In this document: one piece after another, positions 1 to 9,663 of the stretch
Numbering within the stretch: the stretch's first letter is position 1
Layout: each line of letters starts with the position of its first letter
Source: Chloroflexota bacterium
GTDB taxonomy: Bacteria > Chloroflexota > Limnocylindria > Limnocylindrales > CSP1-4
Direction: 5' to 3'
Assembly (NCBI GenBank): GCA_016191425.1
Contig: JACPOR010000006.1
Coordinates: 9,711-73,710 of the forward strand
Length of the DNA: 64,000 nucleotides
Notes under the pieces: model-generated
The model's database searches: none
What the model was told of the DNA's origin: nothing
The model's input: the letters and a program-made list of their open reading frames with translations, nothing else
Made by a program: the position numbers and the translations under genes

Positions 1-513
1 CTTCGGATGGTCACCGTCGCCGGCCTGATCCTGAGCACCTTCGCACTGGTGGGGATGGCGAGGTGGACGCCCACGACCGGAGTGCCCGAGGTTGCCGCCT
101 GGCTGGCCCTCTTCGGGCTCGGCTTCGGGACGACGGTTACGCCACGCTCGACGGCCGCGATCGCAGCCGTTGGTCGAGGAGCCTTCGGGGTTGCGTCGGC
201 CACGGTGACGGTCGCCCGGATGCTCGGCATGGCCCTCGGGCTGGCGGCCCTCACCGCGTTCGGCTCCACGACGATCGATCGGCTCTCCCAACAGGTCTAC
301 GCCTCACCCGACGCGTACCGGCAATTCATTCCAGCGGCATTGCGAGATCGGGAACTTCGTGATGGGCTTGTCGTCCAGGCGCTCGAGCGCTGGGCTGCCG
401 ACGAGGCGGGCCGCATCCTCGTGGGGATCTTCCTCGTCGCTGCGGCCGTGACAGTCGTCGCCCTGATTCCCACGTTCGCACTTCGACCGTCGCGTATCCT
501 CGACCGGCCATGA
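1..513 (+). CDS. MFS-type transporter, C-terminal fragment (5' end lies outside window)
   Basis: Open frame from position 1, hydrophobic multi-TM C-terminal sequence; stop overlaps corA start (ATGA at 510-513). Confidence 0.5.
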   Translation, partial: LRMVTVAGLILSTFALVGMARWTPTTGVPEVAAWLALFGLGFGTTVTPRSTAAIAAVGRGAFGVASATVTVARMLGMALGLAALTAFGSTTIDRLSQQVYASPDAYRQFIPAALRDRELRDGLVVQALERWAADEAGRILVGIFLVAAAVTVVALIPTFALRPSRILDRP

Positions 514-1535
514 CGACAGGATCTGCTGCGCCCCTTGCAGACGGGCCGGAACGCGACGCTGGGATCGGGGTCGCGGTGATGGTTGACGGGATCGTTCGCG
601 AGTATCGTGGCGAGGCCGCCATCGAAGGCCTCGAGGGGCTGCTCAAGGAAGCCCGGCAGGCACACGGCGTCGTCTGGATTGATCTGTCCAGCCCGACGAA
701 AGCGCAGGTCGAACGTGCCTCAAGCCTGCTCGGCCTGCACCCGCTCATCGCCGAGGACATCCTCGAGGGGAAGCAACGCGCGAAACTCGAAGCCACCGAC
801 GACCTCATCCAGATCGTCCTGTTTGCGCTCGACGATACCGCCGACCTTCGGGCCCATGAGATCGACCTGGTCGTCGGCGACGCGTTTCTTCTGTCCAGCC
901 ATCCAACCGAGTGGAACCCGCGTGGCGGGGCCCATTTTCGAGGCGAGCTCGACGGCGTCATGCGGGGCGGTCCGGACCATCTCCTGTGGGCCATCTTCGA
1001 CGAGATTGTCGACGCCTATTTCCCGTTCGCCGACCGTCTCGAGGACACCATCGACGCCCTGCAGGATGCCGTGATGGAACAGACCGACCGAGACACGCTG
1101 GCCCGCGTGTTCGGGCTGAAGCGCCAGCTGATTGCCGTTCGACGAGCAGTCGTCCCGGTCCGTGAGGTGCTCAACCAGCTGACGAATCGCGAGTTGGCCC
1201 TCATCGACCCCGCCGAGCTGCTGTATTTCCGGGACATCTACGACCATGTCATCCGCCTGACCGACGAACTCGACAACGATCGCGAGCTGGTGACGGCCAC
1301 GCTCGATGTGTACCTCTCCCAGGTGAACAACAATCTCTCCGCGATCATGAAGCGTCTGACCGGGGTGACCGTCATCATCGCGGGCGTCGGCGCGATTGCC
1401 GGGATCTTCGGCATGAGTGAGGCTGGCCTCGCCTTCAGCGGCGGTGAGGCGCTGGGCTTCTGGGGGGTCGCCGTCGGGACGATCGCGTTCTCCGCGCTTG
1501 CGGCCCTGGTGCTCCACCGGGTCGACTGGATCTGA
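510..1535 (+). CDS. corA: CorA-family Mg2+/Co2+ transporter
   Basis: 341 aa; cytoplasmic domain then two C-terminal TM helices with a GMN-like signature (IFGMSE variant). Confidence 0.8.
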   Translation: MTTGSAAPLADGPERDAGIGVAVMVDGIVREYRGEAAIEGLEGLLKEARQAHGVVWIDLSSPTKAQVERASSLLGLHPLIAEDILEGKQRAKLEATDDLIQIVLFALDDTADLRAHEIDLVVGDAFLLSSHPTEWNPRGGAHFRGELDGVMRGGPDHLLWAIFDEIVDAYFPFADRLEDTIDALQDAVMEQTDRDTLARVFGLKRQLIAVRRAVVPVREVLNQLTNRELALIDPAELLYFRDIYDHVIRLTDELDNDRELVTATLDVYLSQVNNNLSAIMKRLTGVTVIIAGVGAIAGIFGMSEAGLAFSGGEALGFWGVAVGTIAFSALAALVLHRVDWI

Positions 1536-1601
1536 CGGGCCGAGTCCCGCCCGACCGGCGCCCGGAATCCGGGCCCGCGCGTCAGGGCCTCGGCACCTCC
1601 G

Positions 1602-2309
1602 TCAGCCGCACACCCGTGGCTTGGCGACCGGATGAGCCGCTTCGTGGTCGGCGGGGCCGCTGCTGACGAACTGCGCCACGACCTGGGTCTTGGGTCGGGT
1701 GCCCTTCGGTCCCTCGGAGGTCTGCAACCAGACCTGCTCGGTTGTCGCGGCAACGGCGTCGTCGAGATCGAGTTGATGCCGTCGGACCTCGGTGATCTGG
1801 TACACGAAGCGCTGATCGTCGCTCGTGTAGACCTCGACGGTCAGCCCGAGCATCCTGGCCCCGTTCTCGATCTTCGACGCCGTCAGGATCGGCAGGAACA
1901 TGCCCGTTCGAGCGTGGGCATAGAGATAGGTGGCGCCGCCGAACCCGGGCTGCCCGAGGTCCCTGAGGTACATCGCCACGTCGCAGAGCGGGTAGTCGTA
2001 GGCATCCGGCTGGTCGATCACCGGGAGGTCGATCCCGAGATCCCGGATCACGACCCGGGTGGCCACACGATCCGCAGGCGGGGTCGGCGCGGAGGTGGGT
2101 TCGAGACTCGGTTGCCCTGACCGTGTCGGCGCGGGAGTCGGGGCCTCCGTGGGCGCGAGCGTCACGACCGTCGGGACCTGGGATGGCTCAGGTCCGGCCT
2201 CGACCGGCACCGTGTAGGTCAGGAGGCCCGCCATGAGCAATGCGACCCCGAGGGCCGAGAGCGTTGAGGGCACGAGGCGCGACCTGACCCGGACCCTGAA
2301 CTCGTCCAC
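1602..2309 (-). CDS. membrane-anchored sortase-fold protein lacking the catalytic cysteine
   Basis: N-terminal TM helix, Pro/Thr-rich linker, then sortase-like motifs (RVVIRDLGIDLPVI; LYAHARTG with conserved His; conserved Arg after active-site position), but TLxTC is replaced by LQTSEGP. Family assignment from motif recall only. Confidence 0.4.
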   Translation of the reverse strand: MDEFRVRVRSRLVPSTLSALGVALLMAGLLTYTVPVEAGPEPSQVPTVVTLAPTEAPTPAPTRSGQPSLEPTSAPTPPADRVATRVVIRDLGIDLPVIDQPDAYDYPLCDVAMYLRDLGQPGFGGATYLYAHARTGMFLPILTASKIENGARMLGLTVEVYTSDDQRFVYQITEVRRHQLDLDDAVAATTEQVWLQTSEGPKGTRPKTQVVAQFVSSGPADHEAAHPVAKPRVCG

Positions 2310-2373
2310 GGGCGAAGGCTATCAGCGGATCCCGGGAACCGCCGCCACCCGCAGGTACTGGTACGCTCGCGCC

Positions 2374-3039
2374 ATGGGACCTCGATTCACGCTGGTGGCT
2401 GGTCTCATCGCGGGTGCCGCAACGGCCGTGGCGATCCTCGTCGGGGCCGTCCTGCTCATTCCGGATCCGGGACCCTCGACCGTGATTCCGCCATCACCAG
2501 AGGCGAGCATCCAGTCGCCCGCGCCGTCCGCGCCGTCCGTGCCGTCCGCGAGCCAGGCGAGCCCGACGGAATCGGTCCAGATCACCGTCGGGACGGTGGC
2601 GTTCCACGTCGGCGAGGTCGCCCCGGCCCTGTCCGTCCCGCAACTTGGCGGCGGGCAGATTGATCTGGCCAATCTGCAGGGCCGACCCGTATGGATCTAC
2701 TTCGTGCAGACGACGTGCCCAACCTGCGTTGACGAGTTCCCCCTGATGAACGGGTTCGCCGCCCGGTATGCGGACGCCGGACTCGTCGTCATCGCCATCG
2801 ATGTCCGCGAGGACGAGAGCCTCGTGTTGTCCTTCGTGAACTCATTGAATGCCCTGTTCCCCATCGGCCTGGATGCGGACGGTGCGGCCGCCGGGCGCTG
2901 GGACGCGGGCGTCCTGCCGGTCCATTTCTGGGTCGATCGAGACGGGATCATCCGGGCGGGCGCCCTGGGCGGCATCGGGCCGGATGTCATGGCCAGGAAC
3001 CTCGCGACGATCCTGCCGGGCATTGACGTCACGCCGTAG
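2374..3039 (+). CDS. TlpA/ResA-like thiol:disulfide oxidoreductase (thioredoxin fold)
   Basis: N-terminal TM/signal segment, CPTC redox motif, redoxin-like C-terminal domain; start taken at internal ATG 2374 because the longer ORF overlaps the divergent neighbour. Confidence 0.75.
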   Translation: MGPRFTLVAGLIAGAATAVAILVGAVLLIPDPGPSTVIPPSPEASIQSPAPSAPSVPSASQASPTESVQITVGTVAFHVGEVAPALSVPQLGGGQIDLANLQGRPVWIYFVQTTCPTCVDEFPLMNGFAARYADAGLVVIAIDVREDESLVLSFVNSLNALFPIGLDADGAAAGRWDAGVLPVHFWVDRDGIIRAGALGGIGPDVMARNLATILPGIDVTP

Positions 3040-3409
3040 CGTTGACGCGGGTCGCGGCGAGCGTGGCCAGGCCGGCTGATACGCCGGGCGGGTGCCCGGG
3101 GCGGGCTCGACGCCCTCCCGAAATCTCGGACAACGCTGCACGGGGGAGTATCGGCGAAGAAGGCCGGGCTGCCCGTACCGAGGGGCAGCCGGACGTTGGA
3201 GGCCCGGCCCCAGCGTCTCATGATCCTCTCACACGGCCCCGTTACGTTCCGCGAGAAGCCAGCCGGCCGCCGTTCCACGGGGAGGGTTCGAGACGCACCG
3301 CGAGACGCACCGCGAGGCGCCTATCCGTGGCCGCGGCGGCCGCGGCGGCCGCCGACCGCCGATCAGGGCGATCGCCGGGCTGGTCGTTGCGGCGTCCGCC
3401 CTCGCCGCT

Positions 3410-4381
3410 GTGTGGACCGGAGGCCAACCAGCCGTGCCGGGTGAGCGTGGCAACGATAGCAACGCCGCTGGGAGCGCCGTCGCGACGGGAAGGAACCCGG
3501 TGCCGGTACCATCGTCGTCCGCGCCGTCGCTGGCATCGCCGAGCTCTCCCGAAGGCTCCGGCCAGGCCCGGGTGATCATCACCGCCAAAGGCGTCGTGCT
3601 GCCGGTGATCTCGACGAACGGCAGCTCGTGGATGGTCCGGACCCCGTGCGGACGGTCCACGACACTGGCCGCTGGAGGTGCCATCGACCTCGTGAGTGCC
3701 GCCGACGTGGTGATCGATCCAGGCCATGGCGGAGCCACCGAAGGGGGCGCCGTGGGCGCCAATGGAGTGGTTGAGGCAGACATCAATCTGGCGGTCGCGA
3801 AGCTGGTCGCCGCCAAGCTCGAGTCCGCCGGCTATCGAGCCATCCTCACCCGAGGCGGCGACTATCGGGTCCCGATCGTCAGCCGTGCCGCCATCGCGGA
3901 TGCCCTCGTGGCCCCCCTCGTCTCGATCCATCACAACTCCGGCGATGCCAATGCCGCGGCACAGCCCGGGACCGAGGTCATCTACCGACGGAGCGACATC
4001 GCATCGCGCCGGCTTGCCGGACTCATCTGGGAGGAGTCGATCGCCAATCTGGGCGCCTTCACCGCCGACTGGGTGGCCGGAGGTGATGCCGGTGTGACCT
4101 ATCGGCTCGGCCCCACCGGTGAGGACTTCTTCGGCATCGTCCGCTTGCCCACGTCAGCGGCGGTGCTGGCCGAGATGCTCTATCTCGGAAACCCGAGCGA
4201 GGCGGCGTTGCTCGCCCAGCCGGCTGTCCTCGACGCGGAGGCCCAGGCCATCGCGGACGGAATCCGGCGCTGGCTCGAGACCAGGGATCCTGGTTCGGGG
4301 TTCGTCGAACCCTCCTACCGCCTGACCGCCCCGGGTGGCGGCGGCGGGTCCATCGGGTGCGTGGATCCGCCCCTCGAGTGA
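3410..4381 (+). CDS. N-acetylmuramoyl-L-alanine amidase (Amidase_3 family)
   Basis: VVIDPGHGG...SIHHNSGD...GNP motifs typical of MurNAc-LAA. First in-frame canonical start is GTG 3410, but a signal-peptide-like hydrophobic segment is encoded in-frame just upstream (3360-3409) with no canonical start, so the 5' end is uncertain. Confidence 0.7.
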   Translation: MWTGGQPAVPGERGNDSNAAGSAVATGRNPVPVPSSSAPSLASPSSPEGSGQARVIITAKGVVLPVISTNGSSWMVRTPCGRSTTLAAGGAIDLVSAADVVIDPGHGGATEGGAVGANGVVEADINLAVAKLVAAKLESAGYRAILTRGGDYRVPIVSRAAIADALVAPLVSIHHNSGDANAAAQPGTEVIYRRSDIASRRLAGLIWEESIANLGAFTADWVAGGDAGVTYRLGPTGEDFFGIVRLPTSAAVLAEMLYLGNPSEAALLAQPAVLDAEAQAIADGIRRWLETRDPGSGFVEPSYRLTAPGGGGGSIGCVDPPLE

Positions 4382-4398
4382 TCCGCGCGCCCCGCGGG

Positions 4399-5686
4399 TT
4401 ACCCGATAGCGCGGGCGGCGTTCCCCACGATCTCCAGGAGCGGCCCCGGGATGATGCCCAGGAGGACGGTGAGGATTGTCGTGACCACGAGGCCGGCCCA
4501 CAGCGAAGAAGCCGGCCAGGGGCGGGATCCCGGTGAGGGACAGCAGGAAGATCGTCATCAGGCCACCGAGGATGGGCTCGCGTCGGATGAGGCCCGCGAA
4601 CGTCTCCAGGTTGGACGTGACGCCGGCCCGCTTCTGGAGGGCCGCGATCACGGCGAAGGCACCGAGGTTCATGACGGAGTAGGCCGCGCCGTAGTACAGC
4701 AGGCCCTCGAGACCTTCGATTCGCCCCGCCGCGTAGGCCGCCAATCCGACCAGCATGTACCCCGTGTGCGCGATGGAGCTGTAGGCGAGCATTCGCTTGA
4801 CGTTGGTCTGGGTCAGGGCCACGAGGTTGCCGAGCGTCATCGTCAGGATGGCGAGGACGACCACGACCGGCAACCAGTCGGCCTTGAGCGGCCCGAGGGC
4901 CTCGACGAACAGGCGCAGGATCAGGGCGAAGGCACCGACCTTCGGACCAACACTGAGATAGCCGGTGACGGGCGTCGGGGAGCCCTGGTACGCGTCCGGC
5001 GTCCAGTAGTGAAACGGCACGGCGGCGATCTTGAAGGCGACACCGGTCGTGAGGAAGGCGAGGCCCAGCGCGAGTCCGGCGGACAGGCCGCCCGTCGCCA
5101 CCATCGAGGTGAGCTGGGCGGCGACCTCGGAGACCCGGGTGGTGCCCGTCAGGCCCCAGACGAAGGCAAGCCCGAAGAGAAAGATCGCCGAGCTGAACGA
5201 GCCGAGGAGGAAATACTTGATCGCCCCCTCGGTCGAATAGCCGTCGTTCTTGTGATACCCGGCGAGGAGGTAGCCGGGCAGGACCATGAGCTCGAGGCCG
5301 ATGAACAGCACGAGGAGATCCGCGGAGGCCGAGATCAGCATGGCGCCGGTCATGGCGAAGATCAGCACCGCGGCGAACTCGGCCAGCGGCAGTCGGCGGG
5401 ACTCCAGGTAGTCGGGTGCGAACACGAGCGTCAGGGCCGTGATCCCGACGAAGACGATGTCGAGGAACGTCGTCAGGTCGTCCACCCGGTAGGCGCCTCC
5501 GAAGGCCGTGGCCGACGTGGAGCCCGTGACGATCGTCAACAGGCCCACGATCGCCAGCCCACCGAGCCCCACGACCAGCACCGGCCCGTGCCGGTTGGGA
5601 ACGACGATGTCGGCCGTGATGACGCCCGCCGCGACGACGATCGCAGCGACGAAGGGTGCGACGGTGACGAGGTCCTGGAAGGTCAT
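4399..5686 (-). CDS. nuoN: NADH-quinone oxidoreductase subunit N, with 3' frame discontinuity
   Basis: Antiporter-like subunit with strong hydrophobic NuoN similarity up to GIPPLAGFF (~aa 396). The called frame then turns hydrophilic and overlaps the amidase 3' end. A +1 frame from ~4500 encodes a hydrophobic TM14-like end (SLWAGLVVTTILTVLLGIIPGPLLEIVGNAARAIG*) stopping at 4399. Confidence 0.7.
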
Positions 5687-5696
5687 CGGACGGCGG

Positions 5697-7334
5697 TCAC
5701 GCGTTCGTTTCGGCCGATGCCGAGCCGCGGATCATCGGGAGCGTGGCTATCCGCACAACGACCACCGCCGCGATGACCCCGATGCCGACGGCCGTCACCA
5801 GGGGATCCACGGCGATCGTCGTTCCCGCCGCGACATCGGCCAGGGCCCTGGCAACCGATCCGTCGATGATGTCGAGGAGGATCCCCGGGAAGAGCCCGAA
5901 AGTTACGACGAGCGCACCGAGCGGCGCCAGCGTCAGGATCTCGACCGGGGTGATGTCGGTCAGGTGGTTCCCGAGACCCGTCAGGAAGCCCGACACCTCG
6001 CCGGTCGCCATCCGCTGGAACATCCAGAGCATGTAGGCCGCACCGAGGATCATCACGAACGTGGCGGTCGCCGCGGCGAACGGGTTGAACGCAAATGTCC
6101 CGAGGAGGACGAGGAACTCGCCCACGAAGCCGGACAATCCCGGCAGGCCGGCCGAGGCGAAGACGAAAAAGCCCATGATCGCGATATAGACGGGCGTCCG
6201 GCCGGCGAGCCCACCCATCTTCGCAATCGTCCGGTCGTGAGTGCGCTCGTAGATGACCCCCACGAGCAGGAACAGGGCCCCGGTGATCAGGCCGTGATTG
6301 ACCATCTGGAGGATGGCGCCGTCCATGCCCTGCGGCTGGAAGATGAAGATGCCGAGGGTCACGAAGCCCATGTGACTGACCGAGGAATACGCCACGAGCT
6401 TCTTGAGATCCGGCTGGACGAGGGCCACGATCGCGCCGTAGATGATCGCGATCAGGCTCAGGACGATGATCACCGGGGCAAAGGTCTGGGCCGCGTCCGG
6501 ATAGAACGACAGCCCGTATCGAATGAACCCGTAGCCGCCGAGCTTGAGGAGGACGCCGGCGAGGATGACCGAGCCGGCCGTCGGCGCCTCGACGTGGGCG
6601 TCAGGAAGCCAGGTGTGGAACGGGAACATCGGGACCTTGATCGCGAAGGCCAGGAAGAACGCCCCGAAGGCCAGCAGCTGGAGCGTGGGATCGAAGCCGC
6701 CGCCGCTCGTCGCGAACGCCCGCAGGACCTCGTAGTCGAACGCGCCGGTCCAGTTGCCGCCATTCGCGGCCTGGAAGGCGAACGCCGTGGCCAGGATCGC
6801 CACCAGCATCAGGAGCGATCCGACGAGGGTGTACAGGACGAACTTGATCGTGGCGTAAATGCGATTGGCGCCGCCCCAGATCCCGATGATCAGGTACATC
6901 GGGACCAGGACGATCTCCCAGAAGATGTAGAACAGGAAGGTGTCGAGGGCGAGGAAGACACCGATCATCCCGACCTCGAGGATCAGGAACGAGATCATGT
7001 ACTCCTTGATCCTGGTCTGGATCGGCTTGAAGCTCGCCAGGATGCTGATCCACGAGAGCGTCGTCGTGAGCACCACCATCAGCAGGGACAACCCGTCCAC
7101 GCCGAGCTTGTACTCGATCCCGAAGGCGGGAATCCAGGACAGTTCCTCGGTGAACTGGAAGAGACCGCCGCGCCCGGCCGAGAAGCCGACGGCGAGCAGG
7201 AGCGAAGCGATCCAGGTCAGGAGCGATGCCCCGAGCGCGACCGGGCGTGCCCAGGACGCCGGCAGGAACGCGATCAGCAGCGCTCCGATGAGCGGCAGGA
7301 ACACGATGAGCGACAGGATCGGGAAGCCGTCCAT
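5697..7334 (-). CDS. nuoM: NADH-quinone oxidoreductase subunit M
   Basis: 546 aa from internal ATG (MDGFPILSL...); antiporter-like motifs, e.g. GLPGLSGFVGEF. The longer ORF has an Arg/Pro-rich spurious N-extension. Confidence 0.85.
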   Translation of the reverse strand: MDGFPILSLIVFLPLIGALLIAFLPASWARPVALGASLLTWIASLLLAVGFSAGRGGLFQFTEELSWIPAFGIEYKLGVDGLSLLMVVLTTTLSWISILASFKPIQTRIKEYMISFLILEVGMIGVFLALDTFLFYIFWEIVLVPMYLIIGIWGGANRIYATIKFVLYTLVGSLLMLVAILATAFAFQAANGGNWTGAFDYEVLRAFATSGGGFDPTLQLLAFGAFFLAFAIKVPMFPFHTWLPDAHVEAPTAGSVILAGVLLKLGGYGFIRYGLSFYPDAAQTFAPVIIVLSLIAIIYGAIVALVQPDLKKLVAYSSVSHMGFVTLGIFIFQPQGMDGAILQMVNHGLITGALFLLVGVIYERTHDRTIAKMGGLAGRTPVYIAIMGFFVFASAGLPGLSGFVGEFLVLLGTFAFNPFAAATATFVMILGAAYMLWMFQRMATGEVSGFLTGLGNHLTDITPVEILTLAPLGALVVTFGLFPGILLDIIDGSVARALADVAAGTTIAVDPLVTAVGIGVIAAVVVVRIATLPMIRGSASAETNA

Positions 7335-7423
7335 GCCTACGGCCCCGCCATCAGCGCGTACGAGGCGACCATGACGATCAACCCGATCGCGATGCCCAGG
7401 GCGTAGTTCTGCACCCGTCCGGT

Positions 7424-9349
7424 CTAGACACGGGCCAGTCCACCACCACTCCGTCGGGTGACCGAGCCGATGCCGTTGACGATGCCGTCCACGACGTTCG
7501 CATCGAACCACCACAGGAACGCGGCGACGCGGCCGCCGATCAGGATGAAGAGGACGTGGTTGATCTCGTCGAACCACCACTTGTTCAGCGACGCGCGGTA
7601 CAGGAAGGGGACGCGGGCGGTGAGGGCTCGGACCTCTTCCGGATCCCCGCGCCGCCGCAGGCCGCCGACTTCGACGCCGAACAGCCGCCACGCGGCCAGC
7701 ATGCCGATGACAGCGACGGCCACGCTGATCAGGATCAGGACGCCGTCGATCCCGAAGATCGCAAAGTCGGCCTCACGGCGCCCGAGAATCTCGAGCCCCT
7801 GGGCGTACACGGGTTCCAACCAGCCAGCCAGGAGTCCCGGCCCGGTCTGCCCAAAGAGCGGCCCGAGCGGCGGACCCGGCCAGGACAGCAGCAGGCCGAG
7901 GAGCACCGCCGGGACCGCGAGCAGCCAGAGAGGGAGCGTCATCACGGCCGGCGACTCGTGGATCTTCGGCTCGACGGTCGCGTCCACGCGGCTCTCGCCC
8001 CAGAACGTCATGCCGATGAGCCGGAACATGTAGAACGCGGTCATGACGGCCACCAGCACGCCGATCGCCCATACCCAGTAGAAACCGGCCTTGAACGTCT
8101 CGCCCAGGATCTCGTCCTTGCTGAAGAAGCCCGCCAGCAGCGGGATCCCGGCCATCCCGATCGACCCGATCAACATCGTCCGGTAGGTGTGCGGGATCTT
8201 CTTCGCGAGGCCGCCCATCTTCCGCATGTCCTGCTCATCGTGGACGGCGTGGATGACCGAACCCGAGGCGAGGAAAAGCAGGCCCTTGGTGAATCCCTGG
8301 GCCATCAGGTGGAAGATCGCCGCCGTCCACGCTCCCACGCCGAGCGCGGCAAACATGTAGCCAAGCTGCGACAGCGTTGAGTAGGCGAGGACACGCTTGA
8401 TGTCCGTCTGGGTCAGGGCGATGGATGCCGCGAGCAGCGCGGTGAAGATGCCGATCCCGGCGACGACAACCATCGCCTCGGGGGCGCTGGCGAAGATCGG
8501 GTTGGCTCGGGCGACGAGATAGACGCCTGCGTTGACCATCGTCGCGGCATGGATGAGGGCCGACACCGGGGTCGGACCCTCCATCGCGTCCGGCAACCAG
8601 ACATGAAGCGGGAACTGGGCGCTCTTGCCCATCGCCCCGGCGAAGATCAGGAGGGCGATGACCCAGATCGGGATCGGCAGCGCAGCGGCCAGGGTCCCGG
8701 TCGTGCCCATCGAAGTCGGCCCGGTCAGGGCCCCGATCGAATCCCGGATGTTCAGCGTTCCCGTGTTCACCCAGATCGCCATGATCCCGAGCGCGAACCC
8801 GACGTCGCCGACGCGGTTGACGATGAATGCCTTCTTGCTGGCCAGTGCTGCGGAGTGCTTCCGGTACCAGAACCCGATGAGCAGGTAACTCGACAGGCCC
8901 ACCAGCTCCCAGGCCACGAAGACCGTCAGCCAGCTGTCTCCGAGGACGAGCAGGAGCATCGAGAACATGAACAGGTTCAGGTAGGCGAAGAAACGCCAGT
9001 AGCCCGGGTCGTGGCTCATGTACCCGATGGAGTAGATGTGCACGAGCAGACCGACCGTCATCACCACGATCAGGAGGGCGGCCGTGAGGTTGTCGACGAA
9101 GAAGGCGGCTTCGATATGAAAGGCGCCGGCCGGGATCCAGTCCCAGAGCTTGACCGTGCGACCCTCATCACCGAACCCGCCCGTGACCGCCGTGAAGACG
9201 ACCACCATGGCAACCACCCACGCGATGGCCACCGCCGCGACCGGCACGATGTGGGCGCGCTTGCCCAGCCGCCGCCCGACGGCGGCGGTGAACAGGAAGC
9301 CGGCGATGGGCAGCAGCGCGATCAGCGGGATCAGGATGTCCATGCTCAC
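7424..9349 (-). CDS. nuoL: NADH-quinone oxidoreductase subunit L
   Basis: 641 aa, NuoL motifs (GIPLLAGFFSKDEIL), long C-terminal region with lateral helix and terminal TMs; GTGA overlap with nuoK stop. Confidence 0.9.
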   Translation of the reverse strand: MSMDILIPLIALLPIAGFLFTAAVGRRLGKRAHIVPVAAVAIAWVVAMVVVFTAVTGGFGDEGRTVKLWDWIPAGAFHIEAAFFVDNLTAALLIVVMTVGLLVHIYSIGYMSHDPGYWRFFAYLNLFMFSMLLLVLGDSWLTVFVAWELVGLSSYLLIGFWYRKHSAALASKKAFIVNRVGDVGFALGIMAIWVNTGTLNIRDSIGALTGPTSMGTTGTLAAALPIPIWVIALLIFAGAMGKSAQFPLHVWLPDAMEGPTPVSALIHAATMVNAGVYLVARANPIFASAPEAMVVVAGIGIFTALLAASIALTQTDIKRVLAYSTLSQLGYMFAALGVGAWTAAIFHLMAQGFTKGLLFLASGSVIHAVHDEQDMRKMGGLAKKIPHTYRTMLIGSIGMAGIPLLAGFFSKDEILGETFKAGFYWVWAIGVLVAVMTAFYMFRLIGMTFWGESRVDATVEPKIHESPAVMTLPLWLLAVPAVLLGLLLSWPGPPLGPLFGQTGPGLLAGWLEPVYAQGLEILGRREADFAIFGIDGVLILISVAVAVIGMLAAWRLFGVEVGGLRRRGDPEEVRALTARVPFLYRASLNKWWFDEINHVLFILIGGRVAAFLWWFDANVVDGIVNGIGSVTRRSGGGLARV

Positions 9350-9663
9350 CGGCGCATCGCGTCGTACTCGTCGACGAGTGGGGTCTTCCGGTTGCGATAG
9401 ATCGCGATGATGATGGCGAGGCCCACCGTCGCCTCGGCCGCGGCGACCGCCATGACCATCAGGGCGATGATCGAGCCGTCCGCCTTGAGGCTCGGGATGA
9501 ACGACCCGAACGCCACGATCGCGAGATTGACCGCGTTCAGCATCAGCTCGATCGACATCAGCATGCTGATCGCGTTTCGACGAGCAAGGAAGCCGAACGT
9601 GCCGATCGTGAACAGCGCTCCCGACAGGACGAGGTAGGCGTCCAGGGAGTTGGCGAGGCCCAT
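9346..9663 (-). CDS. nuoK: NADH-quinone oxidoreductase subunit K
   Basis: 105 aa, three TM helices, typical NuoK sequence; ATGA overlap with nuoJ stop. Confidence 0.9.
   Translation of the reverse strand: MGLANSLDAYLVLSGALFTIGTFGFLARRNAISMLMSIELMLNAVNLAIVAFGSFIPSLKADGSIIALMVMAVAAAEATVGLAIIIAIYRNRKTPLVDEYDAMRR

Noticed and set aside
1536-1601. Bidirectional terminator between corA and the sortase-like gene
   Set aside because: Only a short GC-rich inverted repeat (CCCGGA-at-CCGGG) with no T-tract; too weak to call.
4451-7406. Long + strand ORFs (441 aa and 632 aa) over nuoN/nuoM
   Set aside because: Antisense to well-supported nuo genes; Arg/Asp/Glu/Gly-rich low-complexity translations typical of spurious high-GC reverse-frame ORFs.
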